Positions 45,969 to 58,400 of a DNA stretch of 64,000 nucleotides are shown here, piece by piece. Source of the DNA: an uncultured Christensenellaceae bacterium. GTDB taxonomy: Bacteria; Bacillota; Clostridia; Christensenellales; DTU072. A program made the position numbers and the translations under genes. Under the pieces are notes generated by a model. That model had not been told where the DNA came from, did not search any database, and saw nothing but the letters and a program-made list of their open reading frames with translations. The DNA is taken from assembly GCA_964432485.1 (NCBI GenBank), contig CAYSNP010000002.1:6141-70140 (forward strand), given 5' to 3'. Each line of letters starts with the position of its first letter. The stretch's first letter is position 1.

Positions 45969-47596
45969 ATCAATATTATATTCCCTATGGCAAAAGGTCC
46001 TTCGCCTTTTAGTCTAATATACTTTACCATAGAAAAATCCTCCAAACCAATGAATTTTTTATCTTTACAATCGTTAGCTTCTATCATATATGCTTCAAAA
46101 GTGTCGCCTGTTGCCGCTACTTCCAGCTCTAGCCTGTACTCTTGCAACTGGGCGGCTTTTACTTCGCCCAATATCAGTTCAATAAAGTTGTCGCCGGCTG
46201 TCTTTAGCTCAATCTGCAATAGCGTGCCCTCTTTAATATAGGCAGTTTTGCCTATTTCATAAGTGATTAAATCGTTAGTTGCGCTAGAGAGTTCAATAAG
46301 CCCAAGTTTGTTCTTGTTAGCCTTAATGCCCTCGCCAAAAAGCACAGGAAGTTCGGTTTGCGCCGCAAAGGTATGCTCCGGGTCAGCGGCAGAATAAAGC
46401 AGCCTTTTTTGCGGACTTGTTCCTTTAGAAAGTCCTTCTACCTTGACATATACAGGCAAAGTGGCAAGCCTTATATCCCCTTCGTATACTACCTCGCCAA
46501 ATACCAGCACATCCTCTTTGGCATCCGCTATATCTACTGCGGCAATATACTCCCCTACTCCTGCGTGCTCGCAACTCTTATATTCAAAATTGCGGTATCT
46601 GCGATTATGCTCGTCAAAAGCTATATATATCCCTACGCTCTTTACTTTTAGCCCTGCTCTTTCGGTAATATAAAAATATAGCGCTTCTTCTTGAAGTTTT
46701 TCTGCAATTGTGGGATTGCTTGGCAGCGGCTCTTGATTTAGTATATTTCGAAGCGAGCTTCTAATAACATTATAGCTTAGATTATCAATGTAATCTTGCG
46801 CCCTTGGCGTAATTGTAAACACCCGCTGAATCTTATCGGGCAGCAAGGATAAAAAGTTAGCCAGCCTATCCATATCCACGCCTTTGGAGTTGCTGCCTAA
46901 CGCCGCAATTGTAGGACAGCTTATCAGCTTGGTATAAGCACTGCTGCTAACCCCCATCAAATATGCCATTCGCTCTTCGTCCTTTTCCAAATTGACAGGA
47001 GGGTCATGGTAGTTAAAAGATAGGTATTCGGAATAAGCGGCACCGTTTAAGCAGATAAGGCCATTTATTCTTTTATCCAGCCCTGCTACCGTGATAGCAA
47101 TATCCGCACCTTCCTTAATGCCCATAAGTATAAGTGGAGCACAGCCAAAAATCTCTTGGCAAAAGGTGATTGCACGCCTAAACACTTTAGCATAAAGATA
47201 AAGAGAGGTATCAAAAGCGCTTTCTGTTATCTTTTCTAAATGCTCGCCGGCTTGTGCTATATTGCCATAGGCAAACTCCGAAGGATAGCAAGTTGCGCTG
47301 TCTTGAAAAATGCCGGTATAATCTACTTCTATTACATTGTACCCTTCGGAAACTAGGCTATCTATTAAACTTTCATCAGTAGGGTTATAAAAGCTGCCGA
47401 CAATTAAAAGGCAAGCTAGCCCTTCTTTGGATTTATTTATTCGGGCATAAATAGGGGCGGGACTGTCTCCTATTGCCGCATCAAAAGTAAAATGCTCTAA
47501 GTTGCCCCGCTTATCCAGTTTATTTATATTCAATGGTTGTTCCATTGGATTGTAGTCCGCCCAAATCTCTGAGGGAACTAGCATTTTTATTGCCAT
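45965..47596 (-). CDS. Hypothetical protein, possibly an alpha/beta-hydrolase-fold N-terminal half plus a beta-rich C-terminal half
   Basis: The ORF-track start at 47605 is GTG with no usable RBS. The ATG at 47594-47596 has AAGGGA 10 nt upstream. 'PLILMGIKEGADIAITVAG' looks like a nucleophile elbow with Lys in place of Ser. No family is recognised with confidence. Confidence 0.55.
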   Translation of the reverse strand: MAIKMLVPSEIWADYNPMEQPLNINKLDKRGNLEHFTFDAAIGDSPAPIYARINKSKEGLACLLIVGSFYNPTDESLIDSLVSEGYNVIEVDYTGIFQDSATCYPSEFAYGNIAQAGEHLEKITESAFDTSLYLYAKVFRRAITFCQEIFGCAPLILMGIKEGADIAITVAGLDKRINGLICLNGAAYSEYLSFNYHDPPVNLEKDEERMAYLMGVSSSAYTKLISCPTIAALGSNSKGVDMDRLANFLSLLPDKIQRVFTITPRAQDYIDNLSYNVIRSSLRNILNQEPLPSNPTIAEKLQEEALYFYITERAGLKVKSVGIYIAFDEHNRRYRNFEYKSCEHAGVGEYIAAVDIADAKEDVLVFGEVVYEGDIRLATLPVYVKVEGLSKGTSPQKRLLYSAADPEHTFAAQTELPVLFGEGIKANKNKLGLIELSSATNDLITYEIGKTAYIKEGTLLQIELKTAGDNFIELILGEVKAAQLQEYRLELEVAATGDTFEAYMIEANDCKDKKFIGLEDFSMVKYIRLKGEGPFAIGNIILI

Positions 47597-47597
47597 T

Positions 47598-50255
47598 TCA
47601 TTCACATCCCTTATCTTTTCTTAACTTGTTCATAATAGCTTTTTGCGCTTCTACCAAAGGAATTATTAAAATTGAACAGCCAAAACAAATAAGCCATTGC
47701 GTAAAGCTAAGCATTACGGTATTAAAAATACCATTCATAAAAGGTAACATTATTACAGCAAAGAGCATTGCCACCCCTGCCAAAAAGGCATTGTTAATAT
47801 AAACATTCTCAAAAGGGTTGGAGGCAAAAAGGCTGCCCTTAGATGAGCGCATATTATAAGCATGAAATAGCTGTATTAAACAAAGCGTGGCAAATGCCAT
47901 AGTCATAGGTATTGTATGGTTGGCTATACCGCTTGTAAGCAAGTAATTGCCTATAAAGAATGCGGCAAGCACCAGAATTGTCTGCATCATACCTTGCACA
48001 ATAATATTCTTGCCCATTGTGCCCGCAAAAAGACTGGAGCCCGATTTCCTTGGCGGATAATCCATTATATCAGGTTCGGGCTTTTCCATACCCAAAGCAA
48101 GGGCGGGCAAGGCATCTGTAACTAGATTTACCCATAATATCATAACAGGGGTAAGGAATTGAAGGTCAAGGATAACGGTCACAATAAATAAAGTCAGCAC
48201 CTCAGAAATGTTGCAACTAAGCAGGAATTGTATAGCTTTTTTAATATTGGCAAAGACCTTTCTGCCTTCCTCGGTAGCAGTCACAATAGTGGCGAAGTTA
48301 TCATCGGCAAGCACCATATCGCTAACGCCTTTGCTAACTTCTGTGCCGGCAATGCCCATACCAATCCCTATATCCGCTATTTTAATACTGGGCGCATCGT
48401 TAACCCCATCCCCTGTCATAGCTACCACTTTGTCAAGGCTCTTGAATGCCTTAACTATACGCACCTTGTTTTCAGGACTTACCCGTGCAAAGACACGGAA
48501 GCGCATAAGGTTGGCGCAAAACTCTTCTTCAGAAAGTTTATCCAGTTCCGGCCCGCTGATAATTAGGCTGCCTTGCTCAAGTATCCCTATTTCTGTGGCT
48601 ATGGCTCGCGCGGTTTCTATATGGTCACCTGTAATCATTATAGGTGTCATACCTGCCTGCTTGCATACCTCTACAGCATGAGCAACTTCGGGACGAGGCG
48701 GGTCAATCATACCTGCCAGCCCTACGAAAATCAAATCATGCTCCAAAGTGTCCATATCTGTAAGGTCTTTTTGCTTAATGGCAAAGGCAAGCACCCTTAG
48801 CGCATCTTTTGCCATAGAAAAATTGGCCTTGTTTAGCTGCTCTATGTCTTTGGGGCTTATTTTGCGCACATCGCCATCTAAAATATGTGTACACCTTTTG
48901 ATAAGCACATCATACGCACCCTTGACATAGGCGGTCTCTTGTGTGCCGCTGATATTTACCGTTGTCATTAGCTTTCGGCGTGAATCAAAGGGCAGCTCCC
49001 TGACAAGCCTATTGCTTTCTATAATCTTAACAGGGTTGCAGCCTATGCTTTTTGCATACGCTATCAGCGCATTTTCGGTAGGGTCGCCAATAATATTATT
49101 GTTGTCAATAATAGAATCATTACAAAGCACCATAGTCTTGAGAAGGGTCTGCTGAGCAACATCATTTATTTTACTGTCTGCCGCTTCAAAAGTCCCGCTC
49201 TCTACGGTATACAGTCTAGTTACTGTCATTTGGTTTAAGGTGAGCGTGCCCGTTTTATCAGAGCAAATAATCTCGCAAGAGCCTAGCGTTTCTACTGCGG
49301 GCAAATTGCGCACTATAGCATTTTGCTTGCTCATCCTTTGCACCCCAATTGCAAGCACAATAGTAACTACAGCAGGCAACCCTTCGGGGATAGCGGCTAC
49401 CGCTATGGCAACGGAAAGCATAAACGCATCTATTATTTGCGCCTTTCGGATAAGCGAAGCAACAAAGATAATAGCCGCTATTACCAGCACCATTGCGCTA
49501 AGCACCTTAGCGGTCTTGGCAAGCTGAATTTGCAGCGGAGTGGGCTGCTTTTCCTCTTCGGTAAGCATAGAGGCAATTTTGCCTACCTCTGTATTCATAC
49601 CTGTAGCCACCACTACGCCAATGCCCTTGCCATAGCTTATAATGCCTGAGCTATATGCCATATTGCGCCTATCTCCTAAAGGAGTGTCGGGGTCTGAAAT
49701 AAGTTTAGCATGCTTTTCTATAGGCACAGACTCCCCTGTTAAGGCGGACTCGTCAATCTTTAAGCTATTGCACTCCAGCAAGCGCATATCGGCAGGCACT
49801 ATATCCCCTGCCTTGAGCATCACAATATCGCCTACCACTATATCTTCGCCCTTAACCTCTACAATATGTCCATCTCTTTTTACCATTGCAAAAGGTTTAT
49901 TTAGGTTCTTTAACGCCTCAAGCGCCGCCTCCGCCTTACTGTCTTGGCTAAGGCCTATTACTGCATTGATTACTACAATAATTAGTATCAGCGCACCTTC
50001 TATAAGCTCCGAATACTCTGCATTATATATGGCAATTGCGGAAGAGACAACTGCCGCAACTATAAGTACAAGTATCATTACATCTTTAAGTTGGTCTAAA
50101 AATCTTGCCAGAAAACTTTTCTTTTTTGGCTCTAAGAGGGCATTCTTGCCCTCTTTTTCCAATCTTTTTTCTGCCTCTGAGCTGCTAAGTCCGCCAATTG
50201 AAGTTTTTAATAGAGAAAGTGTGCTAAGTTCATCTTTATCAAAATAGCCAGCCAT
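47598..50255 (-). CDS. P-type Ca2+-transporting ATPase (P2A/P2B type)
   Basis: Phosphorylation site ICSDKTGTLT, TGES loop LTGESVP, hinge TGDGVNDAPS, ion site 'PEGLPAVVT'. It has 10 TM helices. Confidence 0.9.
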   Translation of the reverse strand: MAGYFDKDELSTLSLLKTSIGGLSSSEAEKRLEKEGKNALLEPKKKSFLARFLDQLKDVMILVLIVAAVVSSAIAIYNAEYSELIEGALILIIVVINAVIGLSQDSKAEAALEALKNLNKPFAMVKRDGHIVEVKGEDIVVGDIVMLKAGDIVPADMRLLECNSLKIDESALTGESVPIEKHAKLISDPDTPLGDRRNMAYSSGIISYGKGIGVVVATGMNTEVGKIASMLTEEEKQPTPLQIQLAKTAKVLSAMVLVIAAIIFVASLIRKAQIIDAFMLSVAIAVAAIPEGLPAVVTIVLAIGVQRMSKQNAIVRNLPAVETLGSCEIICSDKTGTLTLNQMTVTRLYTVESGTFEAADSKINDVAQQTLLKTMVLCNDSIIDNNNIIGDPTENALIAYAKSIGCNPVKIIESNRLVRELPFDSRRKLMTTVNISGTQETAYVKGAYDVLIKRCTHILDGDVRKISPKDIEQLNKANFSMAKDALRVLAFAIKQKDLTDMDTLEHDLIFVGLAGMIDPPRPEVAHAVEVCKQAGMTPIMITGDHIETARAIATEIGILEQGSLIISGPELDKLSEEEFCANLMRFRVFARVSPENKVRIVKAFKSLDKVVAMTGDGVNDAPSIKIADIGIGMGIAGTEVSKGVSDMVLADDNFATIVTATEEGRKVFANIKKAIQFLLSCNISEVLTLFIVTVILDLQFLTPVMILWVNLVTDALPALALGMEKPEPDIMDYPPRKSGSSLFAGTMGKNIIVQGMMQTILVLAAFFIGNYLLTSGIANHTIPMTMAFATLCLIQLFHAYNMRSSKGSLFASNPFENVYINNAFLAGVAMLFAVIMLPFMNGIFNTVMLSFTQWLICFGCSILIIPLVEAQKAIMNKLRKDKGCE

Positions 50256-50258
50256 TTA

Positions 50259-51749
50259 TTATTCCGTTAAATCCCTCTTTAATGATTTATCAAACTTTTT
50301 AATCTTTTTGGTCATTCTGCTGTTTTCTAATACCCTTTTTAATGCATTGCCATGTGCGGCATTTAAAAAGAATTTTGCAACTTCAATTTTACCTTTGGCA
50401 AAGTTTGGATTAACGCTATCCATTTTAGCATAGCCTACGCTGTGTTTGTCAAGCAAAAGCAAAAATTGGGCTGCTCTTTCTTCAAAATCCTCATAATCCT
50501 GCTCCTCTACTCCGCACCATGCAGCTTCGGCTACTGCCAAAAGCCGAGGATAAGTCAAATACTCTATGCGTGCATTATCCGCTACATATTCTGTCCAAAG
50601 CGCGCCTTCTATTCCCCAAAGATTGGTTATCTCATTATCTCCTACTTTTAGATTGTAGCTGTAAGTCTTCTTCAAAGGGGTCATGCCAAAAGGATAATCA
50701 AAATAATAATACATAAATGGGCTAAGAATTATTTTATTGCCCCTTGCATCTGCGGCTAAGGTCACCTCTTCCGAAGATTTTCCGGGCTGCCAATGCTGTA
50801 CTATCAAAGTGGGGCTGGAGTTCTTTGCTTTTACGCCATCGTTCCAATTTATCACCTTTTTGCCTTTGGACACTACATATTGTTCCACCCTTGCCATAAA
50901 ATGCGCTTGCAGCTGTTCGGTACATTCCAGCTCGTTTTCTTTAAGCATAGCAATACAATCTTTGCATTCTATTACATAGGTTTTGATTGCTTCGTCCCCG
51001 CCCAAATGGATATACGGGAAGGGGAAAAGCTCCATAACTTCATCCAGCACATCATAAATAAACTTATATGTACTCTCTTTACCCATACAAGCAATATCGG
51101 GCTGTATCCCAAACTCTGTTTTAACATCAATTTGCTCGCCTTTGCAAGACAAATACGGATAAGCATGAATTGCCGCTGTAAAATGGCCGGGCATATCAAT
51201 CTCCGGCAGCACTTCTATATGCAAGCTATGGGCATAATCTATTACTTCTTTTATTTCCGCTTTAGTATAATATCCGCTATGCGGCGTCTTATCCCCTCTG
51301 GTTTCTTTCCTAATGCTGCCTTTTTTAGTTAAATCAGGATACGCATCTATTTGAATACGCCAACCTTGGTCATCGGTAAGATGCCAATGAAAAATATTTA
51401 GCTTTAGCAATGACATAAAAAAGATATGCCTCTTTATCTCTGCTATAGTGAAGAAATGCCTGGAGCAATCCAGCATATAGCCCCTATACTCATACTTTGG
51501 CGCATCCTCAATTTGACAATAGGGCAAGCCTATCCCCGCTTGAGCGGCAATTTGGCGCAATGTTTCCTTTGCATAAAAAGCTCCCGCTTCAGAGCCCGCT
51601 CTTATATCTATGCCTTCCTCTCCAATTGTAAGCAAATAGCCTTCTGCAGGAAGAGAAAAGTCAATTTGCACATTTTCTTCCTTTTTTGCCAGCAGCTTTT
51701 TAACGGGGTCAAAATTAGCTTTTAAGGGTTTCGGAACCAACTTAATCAT
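50259..51749 (-). CDS. GH20 beta-N-acetylhexosaminidase
   Basis: 'RGYMLDCSRHF', 'FHWHLTDDQGWR' and 'HLGGDE' are GH20 catalytic-domain motifs. I saw no signal peptide. Confidence 0.88.
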   Translation of the reverse strand: MIKLVPKPLKANFDPVKKLLAKKEENVQIDFSLPAEGYLLTIGEEGIDIRAGSEAGAFYAKETLRQIAAQAGIGLPYCQIEDAPKYEYRGYMLDCSRHFFTIAEIKRHIFFMSLLKLNIFHWHLTDDQGWRIQIDAYPDLTKKGSIRKETRGDKTPHSGYYTKAEIKEVIDYAHSLHIEVLPEIDMPGHFTAAIHAYPYLSCKGEQIDVKTEFGIQPDIACMGKESTYKFIYDVLDEVMELFPFPYIHLGGDEAIKTYVIECKDCIAMLKENELECTEQLQAHFMARVEQYVVSKGKKVINWNDGVKAKNSSPTLIVQHWQPGKSSEEVTLAADARGNKIILSPFMYYYFDYPFGMTPLKKTYSYNLKVGDNEITNLWGIEGALWTEYVADNARIEYLTYPRLLAVAEAAWCGVEEQDYEDFEERAAQFLLLLDKHSVGYAKMDSVNPNFAKGKIEVAKFFLNAAHGNALKRVLENSRMTKKIKKFDKSLKRDLTE

Positions 51750-51761
51750 ATTTTATCTCCT

Positions 51762-52454
51762 TTATAATTTAATTGTTTTAGAGGGCAATCTTATTACCTC
51801 TTCTCCATCACAAATATCAATATTTTTCACTTGCACGCTTTCGCCGTCTGCGTTGCTTAGCTCTATTTTTACTATATCAGCATCTTTTTTTAGGGGTTCA
51901 GCTTTATTATTATACCATAATATTTTAGTTCCATCGACTATATCTTCTCTGGCTATTGTGCCGCCCAAAGCAGTAAAAGATTTATACATATTTTCTTTAG
52001 GCTGGCTAAGCAAGAAAGTTGCGGCATAAATACCATTGTTGTGCTCTTCTAAATTGATCAAAGAAATTATCAAATACTTGCCTTCTTTGCGCATTAGTAG
52101 CCTTGAATAGGTAAGGACCATAGATTCATTTTTGCCTACTGTATAAAAAAGATTGACAGATACTCCCCCATAGCTTATTGTAAGCTGTCCTTCGCTATTG
52201 GTAAGCCCAGAATCAAAGCCGGACACCATATCAGCGGTAACTTGCTTTTGCTCTCTTGTTCCGTCCCAATACAGCACATTGATAAAAGCATTGGAGTAGT
52301 CTAGCTGCTCATCTATAGCATAGCCAATCTTAAATGAGCCGGAAACTACTTCAATACGCTGCACTTTTTTGCCCTCTCCCTCTCCGTTGCAAGAGCTAAG
52401 CAAAAGCACAATTGCCAGAAGTATTATAAAAATGTAGAATTGCTTCTTTTTCAT
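51762..52454 (-). CDS. Lipoprotein with one Big_3-like Ig repeat related to those of the upstream giant protein
   Basis: Lipobox LLSSC. 'VTADMVSGFDSGLTNSEGQLTISYGGVSVNLFYTV' matches the repeat motif of the 2020-aa protein. The start overlaps that gene's stop (ATGA). Confidence 0.75.
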   Translation of the reverse strand: MKKKQFYIFIILLAIVLLLSSCNGEGEGKKVQRIEVVSGSFKIGYAIDEQLDYSNAFINVLYWDGTREQKQVTADMVSGFDSGLTNSEGQLTISYGGVSVNLFYTVGKNESMVLTYSRLLMRKEGKYLIISLINLEEHNNGIYAATFLLSQPKENMYKSFTALGGTIAREDIVDGTKILWYNNKAEPLKKDADIVKIELSNADGESVQVKNIDICDGEEVIRLPSKTIKL

Positions 52455-55400
52455 AACTCATACTTCCTTGGAGGGGTAGCAACCAAACTCCTAAAAAATA
52501 GCAGTAATGGCTGTGGGTCAATTTTTTTGTTAGCTGCTTTTATCCAATTGACAAAATCTTTTAAGTCATAAGTGCCATCGTTGTCAAAATCTATTTCTTC
52601 TCGGTAAGTGCCTTTTAAGAATTGTTCTGCCAAAACCTGCAAATCCTCTTTGGTGAACTCGCCGTCATTATTCATATCACCGTAAATGCATATGTTAAGG
52701 GAGTCAACTACTTGACCGTCAGTATTTTTAACCATCAGTTTATAATCGCCATTCAGCATTACGCCGTCAAACTCTTGAGAGTCAATATCAATAGGGCCAA
52801 GGCTATCTTCTAAGCTAAGAGCAAGATAAGAATAGTAGTCTGCCAAAGCTATCTTAGTGAAAATATCAGGGACGCTTAATCCTTGATAAAATAGCACCTT
52901 GTTTGTATATATACAGGCATCTTCTTCTGAATAATTGTATAAAGGAGAAGGTTTTAAGCGCACGGTAACAGAAAAGCTGCAGCTTTTTGCTTCTAAAGAT
53001 AGCGTAACATTTTGGCTACCCGTCTTAATGGGATTATATATAACGCCTAACATAGAATATTCGGTAATAATCACCTCGCCAACAGCACGATAAGTTGCCT
53101 TTAGCTCTAGCCCTGCCAAAGCTATGGCCTGTCCGTAACTATAAGAAGTTTTAGAAGGAGGGCAAATTAGTTCAAGCGCTTCTAATACATCTATTACAGT
53201 AACAGGAAACAAGCAAGTAAAGCCCATATACGATACCCTGACATTTTGTGCGCCTAAGTTCCGTTTATCGTAGTTGGTGGTATAAGCTGTTACCGTAATT
53301 TCGCTGCCATCCGCCATTATTAAATATACAGCGGTAAGGGCAAGTTCCTCTCCGTACTCATAGATACTCTTGCTGCCTTCATGTACCCTGATACCAACTT
53401 CATAATTATTAAATGTCACTTCAAAACTGCAAGTTTTTCCCGATGCTATATGCTTGACAACAATTTCTGCTACTCCTATCTCGTTATTATTATAAGGCTC
53501 TATCAGAAAAACATTACTATCAAATATTACTTCCCTGGTCGCACCTGAGGTATAAGTTACTTTGATAGTTTTGCCCGTTAAGTCTATCTGTTCATATAAA
53601 AGATATTCTTCAGGAGCATCCAATAATTCTAGCTTATTTATATCTTCAATTATATAGACAGTAATTTGCAAACTAAAGGTTTGGTACTCTAAAGTCACAG
53701 TTTGAGCACCCAAAACAAAGGAATTGAACCCAAAAATATCATAATCATTTTCAGAGAGAGCTTGCTTATCACCGTTAAACTTTACCAAATATACCACTCC
53801 GCTAAACTCTGCTCCATAGCATATCTGCAGGCTGTCCTCACAGTCAATTGACACAGGGTCATTTACCAGCAAAATTTGCACTGTCACAGAAAAGCTGATA
53901 TAGGTGACTTGTACAGCTTGGAAAGTAAATATACTAAGGTCGATATCAATACTGTCAGGCTCTTCGGTTGTAACATTGCCATTGATATCAGTCACCTCGA
54001 CCATAATGCCAAGGTCTGCAATACAGCTTATCTCGCTTCGGTTGTAAGTAGATTGATATATTATTTCTATCTTGTCAACCTCAATTATATTTATTAACTC
54101 AATGCTCTTGCTGTCTAAAAAAAGGTTGCTAACTACTCCTCCTGCGGTGCGCCTCTTTACAAAAAGCTGAATTTCTAAATTGGGCTTGTCCCCTAAATTG
54201 TCCAAAGTAAAATCTGTTTGCAACAGCTCTATGCCCTGATAAAAATACTTTGCAAATAAGTAATCTTGACTATTTAGCGTTGCGCCGAAAGGTCCTCCGC
54301 CCAGCTCAAAAAAAGCACCTATCTCCACCAGTGGACAGCTATTGTCATAAAACATAAAACGCCCTTGCCTTTTAGTGCCCTCAATAACAATGCTGTCAAT
54401 ATAATCCTCTACCTGAAATATGGTATAAGCTTGAAGCCCCTCATAAGATAAAGTAATGCTTTGCGTGCCTAACATATAAGGGTCAAAACCGGAAAGTGTG
54501 GCATAGGTAATATACTTATACTCTTCTGCGCCGGAAAGCCGGGTTATCTTAAAAGTTTCGCCTAGAGGGAGCTGCTCTCCATAGGCAAAACGAGTCTTGC
54601 TAAAGTTAGGGGATATTTGGCATATTGGGTCTGTTAAAAAAATAGTAAAAGTTGCTACCAAACCTTGATAAGTTAAAGTAATGGTCTGCTCGCCAAACTC
54701 GTAAGGGTCATACCCCGATAACATAGCAACAGTGATATATATAGGAGCAGATTGCGCCCCTGAAGCAAGCAATTGCACAAACTCCCCGTCGGAAGCGTCT
54801 AATGCCTCGCCATACGCATAAAGAGTTTTAATAGGCTTACTTATTTCCAGCCCTATAGCATAGTCAAATACCCAAACTGTAAAATCAACACTTTGCTGAT
54901 CCACAGTTACTGTTAGCTGCTGCCCTAAGCTATTGGTGTCATAAGGGTCATACCCGGAGACCATATCCGTTGTTATCGGCAACTCGTACTCATCTTCGTT
55001 AACCGTAACTACATGGATAATTCCGCCTGTAAGGTCCAAAGGTTCGCCATATAAATATTCTCGTTTAGTAATATGGCTAAGAATTTCTATATAGCACACC
55101 TTATCTATAACATATATAGTACATTGTGCACTTTTCTCCTCTCCAAAATCGTCAATGGTAACGGTAATAATAGCAGTACCGATTGCTTTGCCTATAATTT
55201 CTCCTGTGGCTGCATTAACTTCTACAATATCGGTATCACCAGAAGAAAAGACGCCACGCCCCCTGTTAGTTGCACCTGCTGGAACGGTAACAACATTTAA
55301 GAAGCTGCTGTCACCTATAACTATATTCCTTTCTGCCAGGTCAAAACTAACAGATTCTATAAGAATGGGATTGGTTACGGTTAGTGCCAAGTCAGCAAAA

Positions 55401-58400
55401 ACCTCCGAGCCTTTATGCTTAACCCTAATTGTTGTGCTGCCTTCTTTAAGAGTAGTTATATTACCGTCTGCATCAACTGTGGCAATGCTCTCATCTAAAG
55501 ATATGTATTCAAGTGCAGGATAGGAAGCATCTTGAGGTGCAACAGTTGCCTCCAGCTTAAAGGTTAAAGATAGCTCTATCTCTTTTTGATAGGCATTTAA
55601 GGTTATCCCTGTAAGGGAAACATAATCATCAGTTAAAAGATTGGAAATAGCTTGAGTTGCGCTTTCATTGTAGCCTTTATAGAGCACTACCCCGTCTGTG
55701 CGTAAAAAGGCGGAATGGGTAACGCCTGCGCTTATATCAACTATATCGCATAAATCTGCTACGCTTGCTTTGCCACCTTGATTATTGCCATAACTAAGCA
55801 CCTTGCCGCTGCTGTTAAGCGCTAAGAGGTAATTGCTGCCGGCGGCAACCTTAACTATATCACCCCACCCCAGGTTGACATTAGCGCCATCGACCTTGCC
55901 TGCAACAAGCACATTGCCGCCTTCTCTAATACCTATTGTAAAAGTATCGCCTACATCTATGGCAATAATATTCGTCCAATTGGAAAAATTCAGCTGGCCA
56001 TCGGTATTATCCCCTGCACCATACACCCTGCCGTCATTGCCAAGAATAACAACGTGGCGCACAGCACCTTTAATATCTTTTGCATTGGTGTAATTGGCTA
56101 TGGAAAGCTGCCCATAATCGTTAGCACCTACTGCATGCGCCTCGCCATATAAGTCTATGGCATAAGAGTTGTCTTGTGATGCAGAAATCTTAACTATATC
56201 TTGCCAGCCTAAAACATCCAACTTGCTGTGTGTATCATTGCTTACTGCTGTAACAGTTAGCCCTTTGGACAAAAGCAAGGTATGGGAAAACCCGGAAGAG
56301 ATAGCAATAATATCAGAATACCCGCTATAATTATAATATCCGGAACTAACCACCTTGCCATTAAAGCGCAAGCCTACGGTTTCTGCACTTGAGGCAGAAA
56401 GCCCAGGGATAACCTCTTTTTTGGTGCTAAGCACCTCTTCCCAAGTACAAGATAAGGTATCTATTTCGCTTACATCCAATTGTATCTCATCAGAGTCTGC
56501 ATCCTCTACTATTAGTCTGATATAATAGGGCTCGCTAAGATCCTCGTATATCCCTCTGTCAAAGACGCTCGGAATAATATTATCCTTGTCATTGACAATA
56601 AAATGCAAGCCAAAGTCTTCGCCTCCTTGTAAGTAAGAAGTATAAAAAGCGGACAAATTCAGCGTATTGGTCGCCAATATATTTTCTTGCTCGTCTAGCA
56701 GCTCTGCTCTTAAAGATTTTAGATAAGTTATATCTATATCTTCAATATGAATATTGGCTTGCACTCCGCTAAAGTTGCTGTTATTGACCAGCTCGGCATT
56801 ATTCATGCTGATACGCTCTTGAAAATAAGTATTGTCAATAGTGTCCTCGCCTGATAATCGTACATTGAACTCTAAGGCTTGCTCATTCATAGATAGCACT
56901 TCTATTATTATGCCGGAGTTGGAGCCATCGGAAAAATAAATTGTTTGATTGTCGTAATCTGACCCTGAATAATCAAGACTCTTGCCCACAGAGGTAAAGA
57001 ACGCATTGTGAGGAGCAAGATTTGCATAGTCAAGATTAATCTTGCTTCTTTCTCCTATCGAGCCGCTTAGCGCAACGCTTGGCCTAAAAACATAAACCTC
57101 ATCAGGATGCGCGGGGTCACGGTACTTGGCATTTTTATTGCCCTCTTGAGCTGTAATATTTATCCTGTATACAATTAGCCCACTGCCCGGCAGCATACTA
57201 TCATAAGTGGCAATGCTATTGTTGCGGTATTCCACCATAAAATATTCGATATCCGAATATTCTGTATAGATTTTATATGCCAGCACATCACTGCTTGTTG
57301 CACTAACGGTAGGTTTAAGGCTATATATTCCATTGTATTCTATCTCGTCAATTTGCTCTTCGGCTATATAGCCTATGTATTTTTGCCTTATATGAGTGGT
57401 CATATACTGCGGCGTAGGCAAGTTAGATTGCATTAAATCCCATTTGCCTACCGGTGCATAACTTTCCGAGTCATTATAATGATATAAGTCCGGTGCGCCC
57501 AGTACATGACTCATTTCGTGACAAAGTACCCCTTGGTTAATAGAAGTCTGAAACTGCATATTGTATTTGCCTACTTCTATACCGCCTATTTTTGCGCTTG
57601 CACCGCCATTATAAGCCTGATTGGCATAATAAAGATCCCAGGCATGAGGCCAAAGCAAACTGCCCCAAGAAGAACTTGCAGATCCTTGCATAATAAAAGT
57701 AACAGCATCTATCCTATTGTCACCGTTGGTATCTAAGTTAAGTCCTGTGATATCAATCTTGCTGTTTACCGCATTAACAGCATTGGTAAGCAATACAGCC
57801 TCTCTCTTATACCTTGTGCCGCCATCCTCAATATCATAATAGTTTCTGTTCTCAGGAGCTTTATAAACATACACATTGCCTTCTAAATTAATTGGATACG
57901 CACTTTCAAAATCTAAGTTGCCGTAAGTTATATTGTAATAGTAGTCTTTAAGCGAATTGTCGTCAGCAGTTAATAATGAGGCAAAATTGTCCTCCGGAAC
58001 ATTAAAGGTGGTATTTTTATACTCTATAAAAATAATTATATTTACCAGAGTTACACTTAACTCTGAATTTAATATCCCGCCCTCCGAGTAATCAATACCT
58101 TCCCAATCAGATATTAAATCGGGGTTGGCGGCAAAGTCTATATCGGCATAGCTCATCTTAGCGGCTAAGGCAACACTCTTTTTATCAGCACCATAGCGCA
58201 CCTTGCCGGGGACAGGCCTGCCTCCTTGATTTTGCGCATAGACCATATAGCCTTCACTATTTTGCATAAGGATATAGCCATACTCATCATGGGCATATCT
58301 AAAGCGCATATCCCCCGACCCATAATAGTGTGCTGTATTGCCGTCAGGCTCCTCTGCAGAGCACGGTAAGGTATACTCCCCTTCTATCCATTGGTATGTA

